Positions 10,619-19,551 of a DNA stretch of 64,000 bases are shown in pieces. A program made the position numbers and the translations under genes. The first letter of the stretch is position 1; each line of letters begins with the position of its first letter. The notes under the pieces are model-generated. The model saw only the letters and a program-made list of their open reading frames with translations. It did no database searches and was not told the origin of the DNA. This DNA comes from a virus. Taxonomy: Duplodnaviria; Caudoviricetes. The stretch is taken from IMG/VR virus record IMGVR_UViG_3300034062_005355, one strand, 5' to 3'.

Positions 10619-11386
10619 ATGAACATCACCCTTGAACTTGATTCAAAACAATACAAAGACCTAACAAGATACTGCGAACTGAATAAGTTCGTACCAGAAG
10701 ATATTGTTAAGAAATCGTATTTGGAGGGGTTTACGATTGAAAAGTATGGTTTGTTGAGTAAAACGGGTGGAGAACAAGAAAAACGGGTGGAAATTGAGGT
10801 AATCCGAGAAAAACGGGTGGAAATACCTGTTGAGGTTATCAAAGAGGTAGTTAAGATTGAGTACGTGGAGGTTCCTGTTGAGGTAATTAAAGAAGTATTT
10901 GTGGAGGTTCCTGTTGAAAAAGAGGTGGTCAAAGAGATTCCTGTTGAAGTCGTTGTCACAAAAATAGAATATATTTGTGACAACACACAAGAGAATGAAC
11001 TGTTGTTAAAAATACAACAGTTGGAATCGGAAGGGCGAGAATTTTCCACTAAAACGACAGAAATGGAAAATATCTTCCAAGATAAAATGTCTAAAAAGGA
11101 GCAAGAACTAGATGAACTTAGACAAGAACTAGACAAACAACTAGATAGACCACCTGTTGAAAAGATAGTGGAAGTGGTCGTAGAGAAGGAATCAACCAAC
11201 AATTCTTTGAAACCGAAGTTAGACGCGTTACAAACAACTTTAGCTAAAGTTAGACAGGAAACGTTGGAGAAAGACAAAAAAATAAGAGAATTGGAACAGA
11301 CAATTCAAGAGATTCAAAAGTTCCAAGACAATAAACAAGCCGTCTATTTAAAAGGGTCAAACCTTGACGATAAACTATATAAATAA
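10619..11386 (+). CDS. coiled-coil protein with VEVPVE repeats
   Basis: EKRVEIPVEVIKE...VEVPVEVIKEVFVEVPVEKEVVKEIPVEV then coiled coil. Confidence 0.75.
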   Translation: MNITLELDSKQYKDLTRYCELNKFVPEDIVKKSYLEGFTIEKYGLLSKTGGEQEKRVEIEVIREKRVEIPVEVIKEVVKIEYVEVPVEVIKEVFVEVPVEKEVVKEIPVEVVVTKIEYICDNTQENELLLKIQQLESEGREFSTKTTEMENIFQDKMSKKEQELDELRQELDKQLDRPPVEKIVEVVVEKESTNNSLKPKLDALQTTLAKVRQETLEKDKKIRELEQTIQEIQKFQDNKQAVYLKGSNLDDKLYK

Positions 11387-11394
11387 AAAAAAAT

Positions 11395-11565
11395 ATGATA
11401 ACACAAGAAATTTTAGACACATTTGTCTATGAAACACCAGCGGGTTCATTTATTGTAATAGACCCAACAGAACAAGATGGAGCAATTGGTTTTTACCCAA
11501 CAAAGGAAGTTGCTGAGGGTGCTTTTAAACAGTACATTGAAAATGAGGGAATAATTTTCGAATAA
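11395..11565 (+). CDS. hypothetical protein (56 aa; not in ORF track)
   Basis: Hand-translated MITQEILDTFVYETPAGSF...GIIFE*; A-rich leader. Confidence 0.6.
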   Translation: MITQEILDTFVYETPAGSFIVIDPTEQDGAIGFYPTKEVAEGAFKQYIENEGIIFE

Positions 11566-11568
11566 GAT

Positions 11569-11919
11569 ATGGTACAATTATTAGTATGGATGATTATGGC
11601 TTATGGGATAAGCAACATCTTAGTTTATGGTTCAATCTTTAACGGACCAAGAAATTTCATTAACAAGTGGGGTTCTAACCCAACCGCACCATTCCAAGGA
11701 TTTGGAGAGTTCTTATCAAAAATGTTGGCATGTATGATGTGTTGTTCAGTTTGGGTTGGATTTTTTTACGGAATTTTCTTATATTCACCTGTACACGAAT
11801 TACTCGGAGTAACCGATATGGTTTCATGGTTCTTTGACGGTATGTTGGCTTCAGGGTCAGTATGGGCAATCAACGCAATCGTTGAGTGGTTTGAAGAAAA
11901 TAGACCTAAACAAAATTAA
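11569..11919 (+). CDS. membrane protein (DUF1360-like)
   Basis: Three hydrophobic segments; CMMCCSVWVG motif. Confidence 0.6.
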   Translation: MVQLLVWMIMAYGISNILVYGSIFNGPRNFINKWGSNPTAPFQGFGEFLSKMLACMMCCSVWVGFFYGIFLYSPVHELLGVTDMVSWFFDGMLASGSVWAINAIVEWFEENRPKQN

Positions 11920-11930
11920 AAACAGACAAA

Positions 11931-12119
11931 ATGGGAAAATCAAAAAAAAGGGGCGGTGAGACCGCACACAGAAAAAGGATTGCCGCGAGAAACCAAGAAA
12001 ATATAGGTCGACAAAACGCAATACAAAAATTATTTAACGAGTCGATGAAGACTCAACTTGAAGAATTAAAAAAACAACGTGAAGTTGAAATGTCTGGTGA
12101 CACTCAAATAAAATTATAA
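11931..12119 (+). CDS. small basic hypothetical protein
   Basis: 62 aa; TAATG coupling to sbcC. Confidence 0.7.
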   Translation: MGKSKKRGGETAHRKRIAARNQENIGRQNAIQKLFNESMKTQLEELKKQREVEMSGDTQIKL

Positions 12120-14497
12120 TGAAATGGGATTTATTCAATCCAATACCAACGTACAACTATAAACACATGGAAACAAAGTTAGATATTACAACTTTGGAGA
12201 ATCCTTATATCCAAGTCATTTGGGAAGATACTCCAGAAAACTTCACACAAGAACGAATCAAGTCGGTTAAGCAATATTTCCAAAAGAAATATGACTCAAC
12301 CAACATCAACGTCATAACAAAAGTTAAGACAACAGAAGAGACGCAACAAACAATTGATGTTTCAGTTAATATCATGGATAAGAACTACCAAAAAGAACTT
12401 ATCAAATCATTGTTGGAATCCAAAGGTCAAGACCAATATTATGACCAAGTGATGAACATTGATTCTGCAGTGGAGAATAGAATGTTGGCTAACGAAGTTG
12501 AAGTAACACCATTTAAAAGGTGGTACATTAAGAAGATTGAATTCAGTAACTTCTTATCTTATGGTGAGAACCAAGTTATTGATTTTGATAAATGTAATGG
12601 TATTACGGTTGTTGAATCCGACCCACCAAACTTTGGAGGTAAAACTGTTTTGACGGTAGATTTATTATTATTCCTATTCTTTAACACAACGACAAAAACA
12701 CAGAAGGCAGAAGAAATCTTTAATAGATTTACAGATATCAATAAGGTTAGTGTTAAGGGTGACATCGTAATTGATGGTGAGGAGTATATCATTGCTCGTC
12801 AGATTGAAAGAAAGAAATCCAAAGCAGGTGAATGGAATGTTAAAACTGAGTTAGAGTTTTTCAAGAAACTTGCTGATGGTCAACTTCAAAACTTCACGGG
12901 AGAACAACGTAGGGAGACCGAGAACTTCATGAAAACATCTATTGGTAGTATGGATGACTTCTTAATGACTATCGTCACCACAGCGTCTAATCTTGAGGAT
13001 TTGTTGGAAGCAAAGCCGACCGCTCGTGGTCAGGTGTTGAGCAGATTCTTGGGTCTTGAATTCTTAAAAAAGAAGGAAGAAACTGGTAAAGAAATTTACT
13101 CAGAGTTTTCAAAAGGTATGATGTCAAATGTGTATAACACAGAATCATTGAAACAAGACAATGAGACATCAACCGAAGAAATCCAACGTCTTAAGAACGA
13201 GATTACAGATGCCAACACCAAAATCACGGATGTTGATTTGAGATTACAAAAAGGTCAGGACTACAAAGACAACTTGTTGAAGTCAAAGTACACCGACATT
13301 GACCAAGAGTTAATTGTATTGAACCCAATTAAATTACAGGGGGATATCACAGACCTTGAGAACTCAAGTGAAAGAATCAAAGGTCAAATCAACGAGGTTA
13401 AGATTGTGGAACCAAAAGAGTTTTATCATGAAGATAAACACGATGCGGTTAAAGAGGTTATCAAATCAAGGTTTGCTGAACTTGTTACCAGTGAAAACAA
13501 AGTTGAAGAGATTGAAGACCTTGTTGGAAAATACGGTGATGGTATTCAATGCGAACATTGTGGTATCAAACTCATGGAGGCCGAATTAACCAAGAAGAAA
13601 ATTGACCAACTTGATGGATACAAAAAACTTGTTAAGGATTTCAAAAAAGAAATAAGTGATTATGAAAAGAAAGAACAATCATTTACGCAACTCAAGAAAG
13701 ACTTTGATGAGTACGAAAGAAACAAACTTATCAAAGAGAAGTATGAGTTATCATTGGAATCAAATGAGTTGAAATTGGGTCAAGCCAAAGACAAACTTAA
13801 ACGATACGAAGAGGTTCAAGACAAGATTAAGAAGAACAACGAGGTTGATGCTCAACTTGTTAAAGCTGGATTGAGAATTGATGAATTGATTAACGAGAAA
13901 CGTGGATATGAAAGAGTCCAAGCGACAAACCAAAATCAAATTGAAAACCTTCATGCTCGTATTGAAAAAAACAATGGTATTATCTTGAAAATTGCCGAAG
14001 AGTTTGAACGTGAAAAGATTTACAAAATCTACGTTGATGTGTTTGGAAAGAACGGTATCACCAAGATGATTATGAAAACCATGATGCCGTTGATTAACTC
14101 CGAACTTCAAAGACTCCTTCAGGACTCTTGTTTCTTTAACTTGGAGATTCGTATTAACGACAAGAACGAGGTTGACTTTATTATGGTTGATAACGGAACA
14201 GGAATTGAAAAACCAATGACCGCTGGTTCAGGATATGAAAAGACAATTGGAGCGTTGGCAATTAGGGCAGTACTTTCCAAAGTGTGCTCACTTCCAAAAC
14301 CAAACATATCAGTTTACGATGAGACTTGGGGGAAGGTGTCTAACGAAAACTTGGAAATGGTTGGAGACTTCTTTATGAAGTTAAAGGATTATTTTGAGAA
14401 AATCTTCGTAATATCGCATAACCCACTCATATCAAATTGGGCGGATAATGTGGTTAGAATTAACAAAACAGATAACATTTCAAAAGTCTCACAATAG
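12119..14497 (+). CDS. sbcC: SbcC/Rad50-like recombination ATPase (gp46-like)
   Basis: FSNFLSYG, Walker A variant NFGGKT, CEHC zinc hook in coiled coil, signature GSGYE, Walker B VYDE, ISHN H-loop. Confidence 0.92.
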   Translation: MKWDLFNPIPTYNYKHMETKLDITTLENPYIQVIWEDTPENFTQERIKSVKQYFQKKYDSTNINVITKVKTTEETQQTIDVSVNIMDKNYQKELIKSLLESKGQDQYYDQVMNIDSAVENRMLANEVEVTPFKRWYIKKIEFSNFLSYGENQVIDFDKCNGITVVESDPPNFGGKTVLTVDLLLFLFFNTTTKTQKAEEIFNRFTDINKVSVKGDIVIDGEEYIIARQIERKKSKAGEWNVKTELEFFKKLADGQLQNFTGEQRRETENFMKTSIGSMDDFLMTIVTTASNLEDLLEAKPTARGQVLSRFLGLEFLKKKEETGKEIYSEFSKGMMSNVYNTESLKQDNETSTEEIQRLKNEITDANTKITDVDLRLQKGQDYKDNLLKSKYTDIDQELIVLNPIKLQGDITDLENSSERIKGQINEVKIVEPKEFYHEDKHDAVKEVIKSRFAELVTSENKVEEIEDLVGKYGDGIQCEHCGIKLMEAELTKKKIDQLDGYKKLVKDFKKEISDYEKKEQSFTQLKKDFDEYERNKLIKEKYELSLESNELKLGQAKDKLKRYEEVQDKIKKNNEVDAQLVKAGLRIDELINEKRGYERVQATNQNQIENLHARIEKNNGIILKIAEEFEREKIYKIYVDVFGKNGITKMIMKTMMPLINSELQRLLQDSCFFNLEIRINDKNEVDFIMVDNGTGIEKPMTAGSGYEKTIGALAIRAVLSKVCSLPKPNISVYDETWGKVSNENLEMVGDFFMKLKDYFEKIFVISHNPLISNWADNVVRINKTDNISKVSQ

Positions 14498-14509
14498 TGG
14501 GACTTTTTT
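14482..14509 (+). terminator. intrinsic terminator
   Basis: AAAAGTCTCAC-AATA-GTGGGACTTTT followed by a T run. Confidence 0.75.
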
Positions 14510-14552
14510 GTTTAAAAAATTTTTATTATCTTTGTAGTCTAAATAATAAACC

Positions 14553-15020
14553 ATGATCTTAAACCAAAACCAATTATTTAATGCTCAGGAAACTTTAGAA
14601 GACTTTAAAGTTTTACTTATAAGATATCAACAAGTTAAAAATGATGAAAATAAATTAAGGGCTTTTTTTGTTAGAAATAGAAATCCACTTTGGGATTTGA
14701 CAGGATGTAAATTTTATAAGACAGGGTTATTGTCTAAAGAGGCTAAAAAGTTAGACAAGAAAGATTTGGTAGACGACCACTACATTCAAAGAAGTAAGGG
14801 ACTTAAGTTTGTATTTGCGGAACTTGAAAAAGACCCAAATATGAGTTTGGAAATGTTTATTAACATTGTTAAGAAGTATTCCTCAACAGTAAAACTATCT
14901 AAAGAAGAGCATGTAAAAGTTACATCTTTCGCTAAGAAGAATCCTACTTATTTAAATTATGAAACTTATTTGGCTTGTGGAATTAAAGTTGATGGGTTAT
15001 CGGATATTATTTTAAAATAA
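14553..15020 (+). CDS. hypothetical protein
   Basis: 155 aa; TATCTTTG promoter motif upstream. Confidence 0.7.
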   Translation: MILNQNQLFNAQETLEDFKVLLIRYQQVKNDENKLRAFFVRNRNPLWDLTGCKFYKTGLLSKEAKKLDKKDLVDDHYIQRSKGLKFVFAELEKDPNMSLEMFINIVKKYSSTVKLSKEEHVKVTSFAKKNPTYLNYETYLACGIKVDGLSDIILK

Positions 15021-15076
15021 TTGGTTATTCTAAGAAAGTTTAAATAAATTATTGTATCTTTGTCAAAACAATTAGA

Positions 15077-15592
15077 ATGAAAAAATACCTATTAACAATA
15101 TTCGGAGAATTTAAATCCGATGAAATTTGTAAAGAAATTGCAATTGCCTTAACACCAGTGGTTGATTCACCAAACCTTAAGTTTCAATTTACGAAAGGTG
15201 TTTTAATTTTTCACTTTGCTTCTGAAATGGACATGAGTGATATACATGAGTACTTGGAAATGACATCTTATGATTTATATGAGTCATTCATTTTGTCAGA
15301 GTATACTGACAAAGTGTCAGTTTTTATGACAGAGGAAAACAAGAAACATTTGTTTAATTTGGATAAAAATGATACTAATAATGGTATTGAATTGGTATTA
15401 ACACCTAAGAATGGTATTCAGTATATGGATGAGGATGAAGATGATGAGTTCGTGGCACTTCTTTTGAATGAAGTTAAGAATCACATAAAGACCCCAACTT
15501 TAGATCAATTACTTGAAAAAATTAAAAATGAAGGAGTTGGTAATCTAACACCATTTGAAAAAGGAACCTTAGATAACTACAGTAAAAATTAA
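15077..15592 (+). CDS. hypothetical protein
   Basis: 171 aa; TATCTTTG motif at ~15055. Confidence 0.75.
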   Translation: MKKYLLTIFGEFKSDEICKEIAIALTPVVDSPNLKFQFTKGVLIFHFASEMDMSDIHEYLEMTSYDLYESFILSEYTDKVSVFMTEENKKHLFNLDKNDTNNGIELVLTPKNGIQYMDEDEDDEFVALLLNEVKNHIKTPTLDQLLEKIKNEGVGNLTPFEKGTLDNYSKN

Positions 15593-15595
15593 TAT

Positions 15596-16393
15596 ATGAA
15601 AGAAAAATCAACAATACCAATTAACCAAGAAGAAATTACGGGATATCTTAAAGACATCCGCAAACTACGAGTAATGACACCTGAACGTGAGAGAGAACTT
15701 GCGGAAAGAATGTTATCGGGTACCACAACTGAAACTGAGAAAAAACAAATTTATCAAGAGTTGTTGGAGGGTAATCTACGTTTTGTCATCACTGTTAGTA
15801 AACAATATCAGAATCAAGGATTAGATTTATCTGACCTTATTGCTGAAGGTAATTATGGTTTGATGAAGGCAATTGAAAATTTTGATTGGACGAAGAGGTT
15901 GCGATTCATATCTTATGCTGTTTGGTGGGTTCGTCAATCAATCTTGCAGTCACTAAACGAAAATGCAAGGACCATTCGTCTACCTGTTAATGTGGTTCAA
16001 GAACTGCATAGAGCCAAAAAAGAAATGGATGCTGTTGGTGTTGAACTCCCTGAAAAGTTTTCAACATTACCATATACCATTAACTACGACAACCCACTTA
16101 ATGAAGACGGTGATACATTGTTGGATGTTTTGAATAATCCAAATGCCGAACTTGCGGATGCTAATTTATCAAGTGAAGAAACATTAAAGGAAAAGTTATT
16201 GGAAATGTTGAATGTTTTGGATAACCGTGAACGTATTATCATTGAAGATTATTTTGGTCTATCAGGTAATACTAGAACATTAGAAGATATTGGCGGTGAC
16301 TTTTCTTTAACTAAAGAAAGGGTAAGACAAATCAAGGAAAAGGCTTTACGAAAACTACGAAACGAGACTGGTAGTTTATTCGATTATTTGTAA
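15596..16393 (+). CDS. rpoD: RNA polymerase sigma-70 factor, Bacteroidota RpoD-like
   Basis: NLRFVITVSKQYQNQG, DLIAEGN, ISYAVWWVRQSILQ (region 2); TLEDIG...LTKERVRQIKEKALRKLR (region 4); no region 1.1. Confidence 0.92.
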   Translation: MKEKSTIPINQEEITGYLKDIRKLRVMTPERERELAERMLSGTTTETEKKQIYQELLEGNLRFVITVSKQYQNQGLDLSDLIAEGNYGLMKAIENFDWTKRLRFISYAVWWVRQSILQSLNENARTIRLPVNVVQELHRAKKEMDAVGVELPEKFSTLPYTINYDNPLNEDGDTLLDVLNNPNAELADANLSSEETLKEKLLEMLNVLDNRERIIIEDYFGLSGNTRTLEDIGGDFSLTKERVRQIKEKALRKLRNETGSLFDYL

Positions 16394-16402
16394 AACTAAT
16401 TT

Positions 16403-16430
16403 AAGGGTGTATTTATTAAGTACACCCTTT
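16403..16430 (+). terminator. hairpin/terminator overlapping a TATTTATT motif
   Basis: AAGGGTGTA-TTTATTAAG-TACACCCTT directly after the sigma gene. Confidence 0.6.
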
Positions 16431-16460
16431 ATATTTAGGGTAAATTTAAAAATAAAAACT

Positions 16461-16742
16461 ATGAAAAATTTTATACAAAAAAACTTTACAGTTATTGTAC
16501 TGGTAATTGCATTACTTAGTTTCTTCAAAAGTTGTGGAGACGGAAGAGAGTTAGCTAAAATAAGAAAAGAAATTGAAGCGATTAAAGATTCGACTTACAC
16601 TAAAAAAGAATTAGATAAAGAATTGAAAATTATGGGATTGGAATCAGAAAAAAGAATGATTCAAGCGACTGATAGAAAATTATTGGACGTTCAAAGACAA
16701 ACTCAAATTGAAGAGGAAATTAAAAAACTAACTTCAAAGTAA
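16461..16742 (+). CDS. N-terminal TM + coiled-coil protein (lysis cassette)
   Basis: MKNFIQKNFTVIVLVIALLSFFKSC then coiled coil; ATG at 16461. Confidence 0.7.
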   Translation: MKNFIQKNFTVIVLVIALLSFFKSCGDGRELAKIRKEIEAIKDSTYTKKELDKELKIMGLESEKRMIQATDRKLLDVQRQTQIEEEIKKLTSK

Positions 16743-16743
16743 T

Positions 16744-17454
16744 ATGAATTGGATTCAAAGAAATTTTAAAAAAATAATTTATGTTGCGTTCTTGGTGCCG
16801 ATTTTAACGGTGGCTGGTGTGTCAATATCCCACGTAACTTCTTGGTATGGTTTATCCAATCCATTTAGTTGGGCAATTTATTTGTCTGTAGGTATTGAGA
16901 TTGCTGCCTTGTCAGCACTTGCTGCAATATCAGCTCAGATGGGTAAAAAAGTATATTTCCCATTCGGGATTGTAACCCTTATTCAGTTTATTGGTAATAT
17001 CTTTTTTGCTTATCAATACATTGATGTAAATTCACAAGCATTTAAAGATTGGATTGATTTGGTTGACCCAATTGTTTCTTATCTTGGTGTTGAATCAGGC
17101 GACCCTGTTGGTCATAAAAGATTCTTGGCATTATTTGCTGGTGGTATGTTACCAATTATATCATTGTCTTTTCTTCATATGTTAGTTAAATTTGAAGAAG
17201 AAGAAAAGAAAGGTGGTAATAATTTATCACAACCTGTTGTTGGTATAGATGAATTGAGTATTGAAGCAGGTAAAAGAGAAGCTGAAATTGAAAAAGAAAA
17301 ATATACACCAACTCAAGAAGATTTAGAAAGACTTGAGAAGGAACTAATTAGGGTTAACGAACAAAAGTTTGGAAGTTTAGTTGAACAAATCCAAACAGAA
17401 CCGATTGAAGATCCGGAGATTAAAAGATTAAGTTACATAAGAAGAGATGCTTAA
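16744..17454 (+). CDS. multi-TM protein, holin candidate
   Basis: About 4 hydrophobic segments, charged C-tail, immediately upstream of the amidase. Confidence 0.5.
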   Translation: MNWIQRNFKKIIYVAFLVPILTVAGVSISHVTSWYGLSNPFSWAIYLSVGIEIAALSALAAISAQMGKKVYFPFGIVTLIQFIGNIFFAYQYIDVNSQAFKDWIDLVDPIVSYLGVESGDPVGHKRFLALFAGGMLPIISLSFLHMLVKFEEEEKKGGNNLSQPVVGIDELSIEAGKREAEIEKEKYTPTQEDLERLEKELIRVNEQKFGSLVEQIQTEPIEDPEIKRLSYIRRDA

Positions 17455-18043
17455 TATTGAAAAATACGGAAACTTCAAAACTACTGGCAAACAAAAAAAG
17501 AAAAAACAAATCATCTTGTGTCATACTTCAAGGGAGGTTGAGGAATACTTAGCCTCCCTTAAATATAGATACAATTCTACGTACGATAAAATCCCAAACT
17601 ACGTCATAACCAAAAATGGAACAGTTTTACAACTGTTACCCAACAACGGATATACCAATTTTTTTACTGAAGACAACATAAACAAAAACTCAATTGTGGT
17701 TTGTTTAGAGAATTTAGGGTGGTTAGAAAAGAAACCGCTAACAACCTATCATATTAACTGGAAAGGAAGTATTTATAATCAACAGGTTTACGAGAAAAAA
17801 TGGAGGGACTTCTTCTTTTGGGAACCATACACAACCAATCAGATTGAAAAAACTGCTGAGTTATGTGGTTACCTGATAAATGAATTCCAAATTAAAAAAA
17901 ATTGTGTAAGTCATAACACTAAGATTGACGGTGTTGAGAATTTTGAAGGAATTGTTTCAAGAAGCAATTTTAACGAAAAATACACAGATTTAAATCCATC
18001 ATTTAACTTTGAAAACTTTACAAAACTAATAGAAAATGGGTAA
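17447..18043 (+). CDS. N-acetylmuramoyl-L-alanine amidase (Amidase_2-type endolysin)
   Basis: IILCHT, NYVITKNGTVLQL, NKNSIVVCLE, SHN, TDLNP motifs. Confidence 0.8.
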   Translation: MLNIEKYGNFKTTGKQKKKKQIILCHTSREVEEYLASLKYRYNSTYDKIPNYVITKNGTVLQLLPNNGYTNFFTEDNINKNSIVVCLENLGWLEKKPLTTYHINWKGSIYNQQVYEKKWRDFFFWEPYTTNQIEKTAELCGYLINEFQIKKNCVSHNTKIDGVENFEGIVSRSNFNEKYTDLNPSFNFENFTKLIENG

Positions 18044-18608
18044 TTTACATAACGACAGGTACGACGAAATAAAATCGTTGATTAAAAAATCAAAAATGTT
18101 ATTTGAGCAAGATACTCAAGATAACATGGCGGCAAGTATTGAAAGTAGAATAGAACAAGATACTGAATACGAGACCGCGGTAGATGACAAGGAAGAAGGT
18201 GAAACTCAAACACCTAAGGATAAATCACAAAAATATAGAATATCAGGTGGTATTTTGGCCTTACATGGTAAAGGCAGAAATGATTTGGATATTACAACTG
18301 ACGAAAAAGTTGCATTCCAAGAAACCATGGATGAATTCGTAGAGGAAGTTTCTGACTTGGCCGACTTTAATACATTAAATGTTTATACAAATAATGTTGA
18401 TTGGTCGGGTAAAATCATTGACCAAGATATTGAGTTCACATTCACAATTGGTGAAAACAGTGGAATCTATATTAACGGTGAAATGATGAAGGTTGATGAA
18501 GATTTCTTAGATATGATAAATAAACTTCAACAATTTTACCAAAAATTTAAATCTAAATGGGGTAAAGTTTTGGCAAATAGAAAGAAAACTAAAGAATCAC
18601 CAAAATAA
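18036..18608 (+). CDS. acidic hypothetical protein, putative virion/head
   Basis: 190 aa; ...KMLFE-Q leader; coupled to neighbours. Confidence 0.7.
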   Translation: MGNLHNDRYDEIKSLIKKSKMLFEQDTQDNMAASIESRIEQDTEYETAVDDKEEGETQTPKDKSQKYRISGGILALHGKGRNDLDITTDEKVAFQETMDEFVEEVSDLADFNTLNVYTNNVDWSGKIIDQDIEFTFTIGENSGIYINGEMMKVDEDFLDMINKLQQFYQKFKSKWGKVLANRKKTKESPK

Positions 18609-18964
18609 TGGAAACAATTAAAAATTTTGTAATTAAAAATTATGATACAATCTTATCGGCACTGATAATATTGTTTATATTGTATTGGGCTATGACTATG
18701 TCAAACACAAGTACAATGAGCGCTATTGATAAAGCTAAACTTGATTCATTAACAAACGTTGTTAATGAACTTAACAAAGAACAAGATATCTTAGAAGATA
18801 AAATTGAACTTATTGACGAAGAAGTTGAAAAGATTGATGATAACATTTCAAAGATAAAAACAAATAAAACAAAAACAGGAAAAAAATATCATGAAGAAAT
18901 TAATCGTGTTGATAAGTATTCTGAGCCTGAGCTTGACGGCTTTTTCTCAAACAGGTACAAATAA
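18608..18964 (+). CDS. i-spanin-like protein (N-terminal TM + coiled coil)
   Basis: TILSALIILFILYWAM then heptads; overlaps the next gene by 74 nt. Confidence 0.55.
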   Translation: METIKNFVIKNYDTILSALIILFILYWAMTMSNTSTMSAIDKAKLDSLTNVVNELNKEQDILEDKIELIDEEVEKIDDNISKIKTNKTKTGKKYHEEINRVDKYSEPELDGFFSNRYK

Positions 18965-19304
18965 TCAACCAACTAAATGTTTTCCTATACCAGTTGTTAA
19001 GCAAATCACTAAAGATTTAATTAGCGGTGATTCTGCTAAAGCTCAGTTAAAATTAACAGAACAACAATTGTTAGAAACAGAAAACAAAGTTGTTATGAAA
19101 GATAGTGTTATAAGTTTATTAAGGGTTAAAGAAAATAACTATCAAACAATCATTGGCGCTCAAGACCAAAAATATTCAATCTTAGAGGACCACACAAAGA
19201 AAGTGGAGTTAAATTTAAAAAAAGAAAAAATCAAAAATAAATTTACATCTGGTTTGGCCGGCATTGCCATTTTAACATTAACCTTTTTATTAATAACAAA
19301 CTAA
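18891..19304 (+). CDS. signal-peptide coiled-coil protein with C-terminal TM; spanin-partner candidate
   Basis: MKKLIVLISILSLSLTAFSQ signal without lipobox; C-term GLAGIAILTLTFLLITN. Confidence 0.55.
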   Translation: MKKLIVLISILSLSLTAFSQTGTNNQPTKCFPIPVVKQITKDLISGDSAKAQLKLTEQQLLETENKVVMKDSVISLLRVKENNYQTIIGAQDQKYSILEDHTKKVELNLKKEKIKNKFTSGLAGIAILTLTFLLITN

Positions 19305-19549
19305 TGGCACTTACATCAACCGAAAAAAACGAAATTGAAGTGATGATTCGTAAAGAGATTAGAAACTTTATGGACAATAACACAATTAAACAATTTGAAG
19401 ACAAATTATTAGACAGAATCTCCAAAGAAATCAAGCGAGGTAAACTTGAAGGTGATGTTAAAGATATAACCCTAAGAATGTTCCGTGAATTCTACCAATT
19501 TATGTGGATGAACCGTGGTTATTGGGAACCAAGACTTAAAAATGCTTAA
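19304..19549 (+). CDS. hypothetical protein
   Basis: 81 aa; TAATG coupling. Confidence 0.7.
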   Translation: MALTSTEKNEIEVMIRKEIRNFMDNNTIKQFEDKLLDRISKEIKRGKLEGDVKDITLRMFREFYQFMWMNRGYWEPRLKNA

Positions 19550-19551
19550 CT

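Noticed and set aside
10570-11277. 235-aa minus-strand ORF and similar shadow ORFs (e.g. 866, 8160, 13760, 40663, 50088)
   Set aside because: These are antisense or alternate-frame shadows of well-supported low-complexity genes.
12600-12660. Inactivated SbcC because of the Walker A variant NFGGKT
   Set aside because: The GKT core, signature, Walker B and H-loop are all retained; a natural variant is more likely than a pseudogene.
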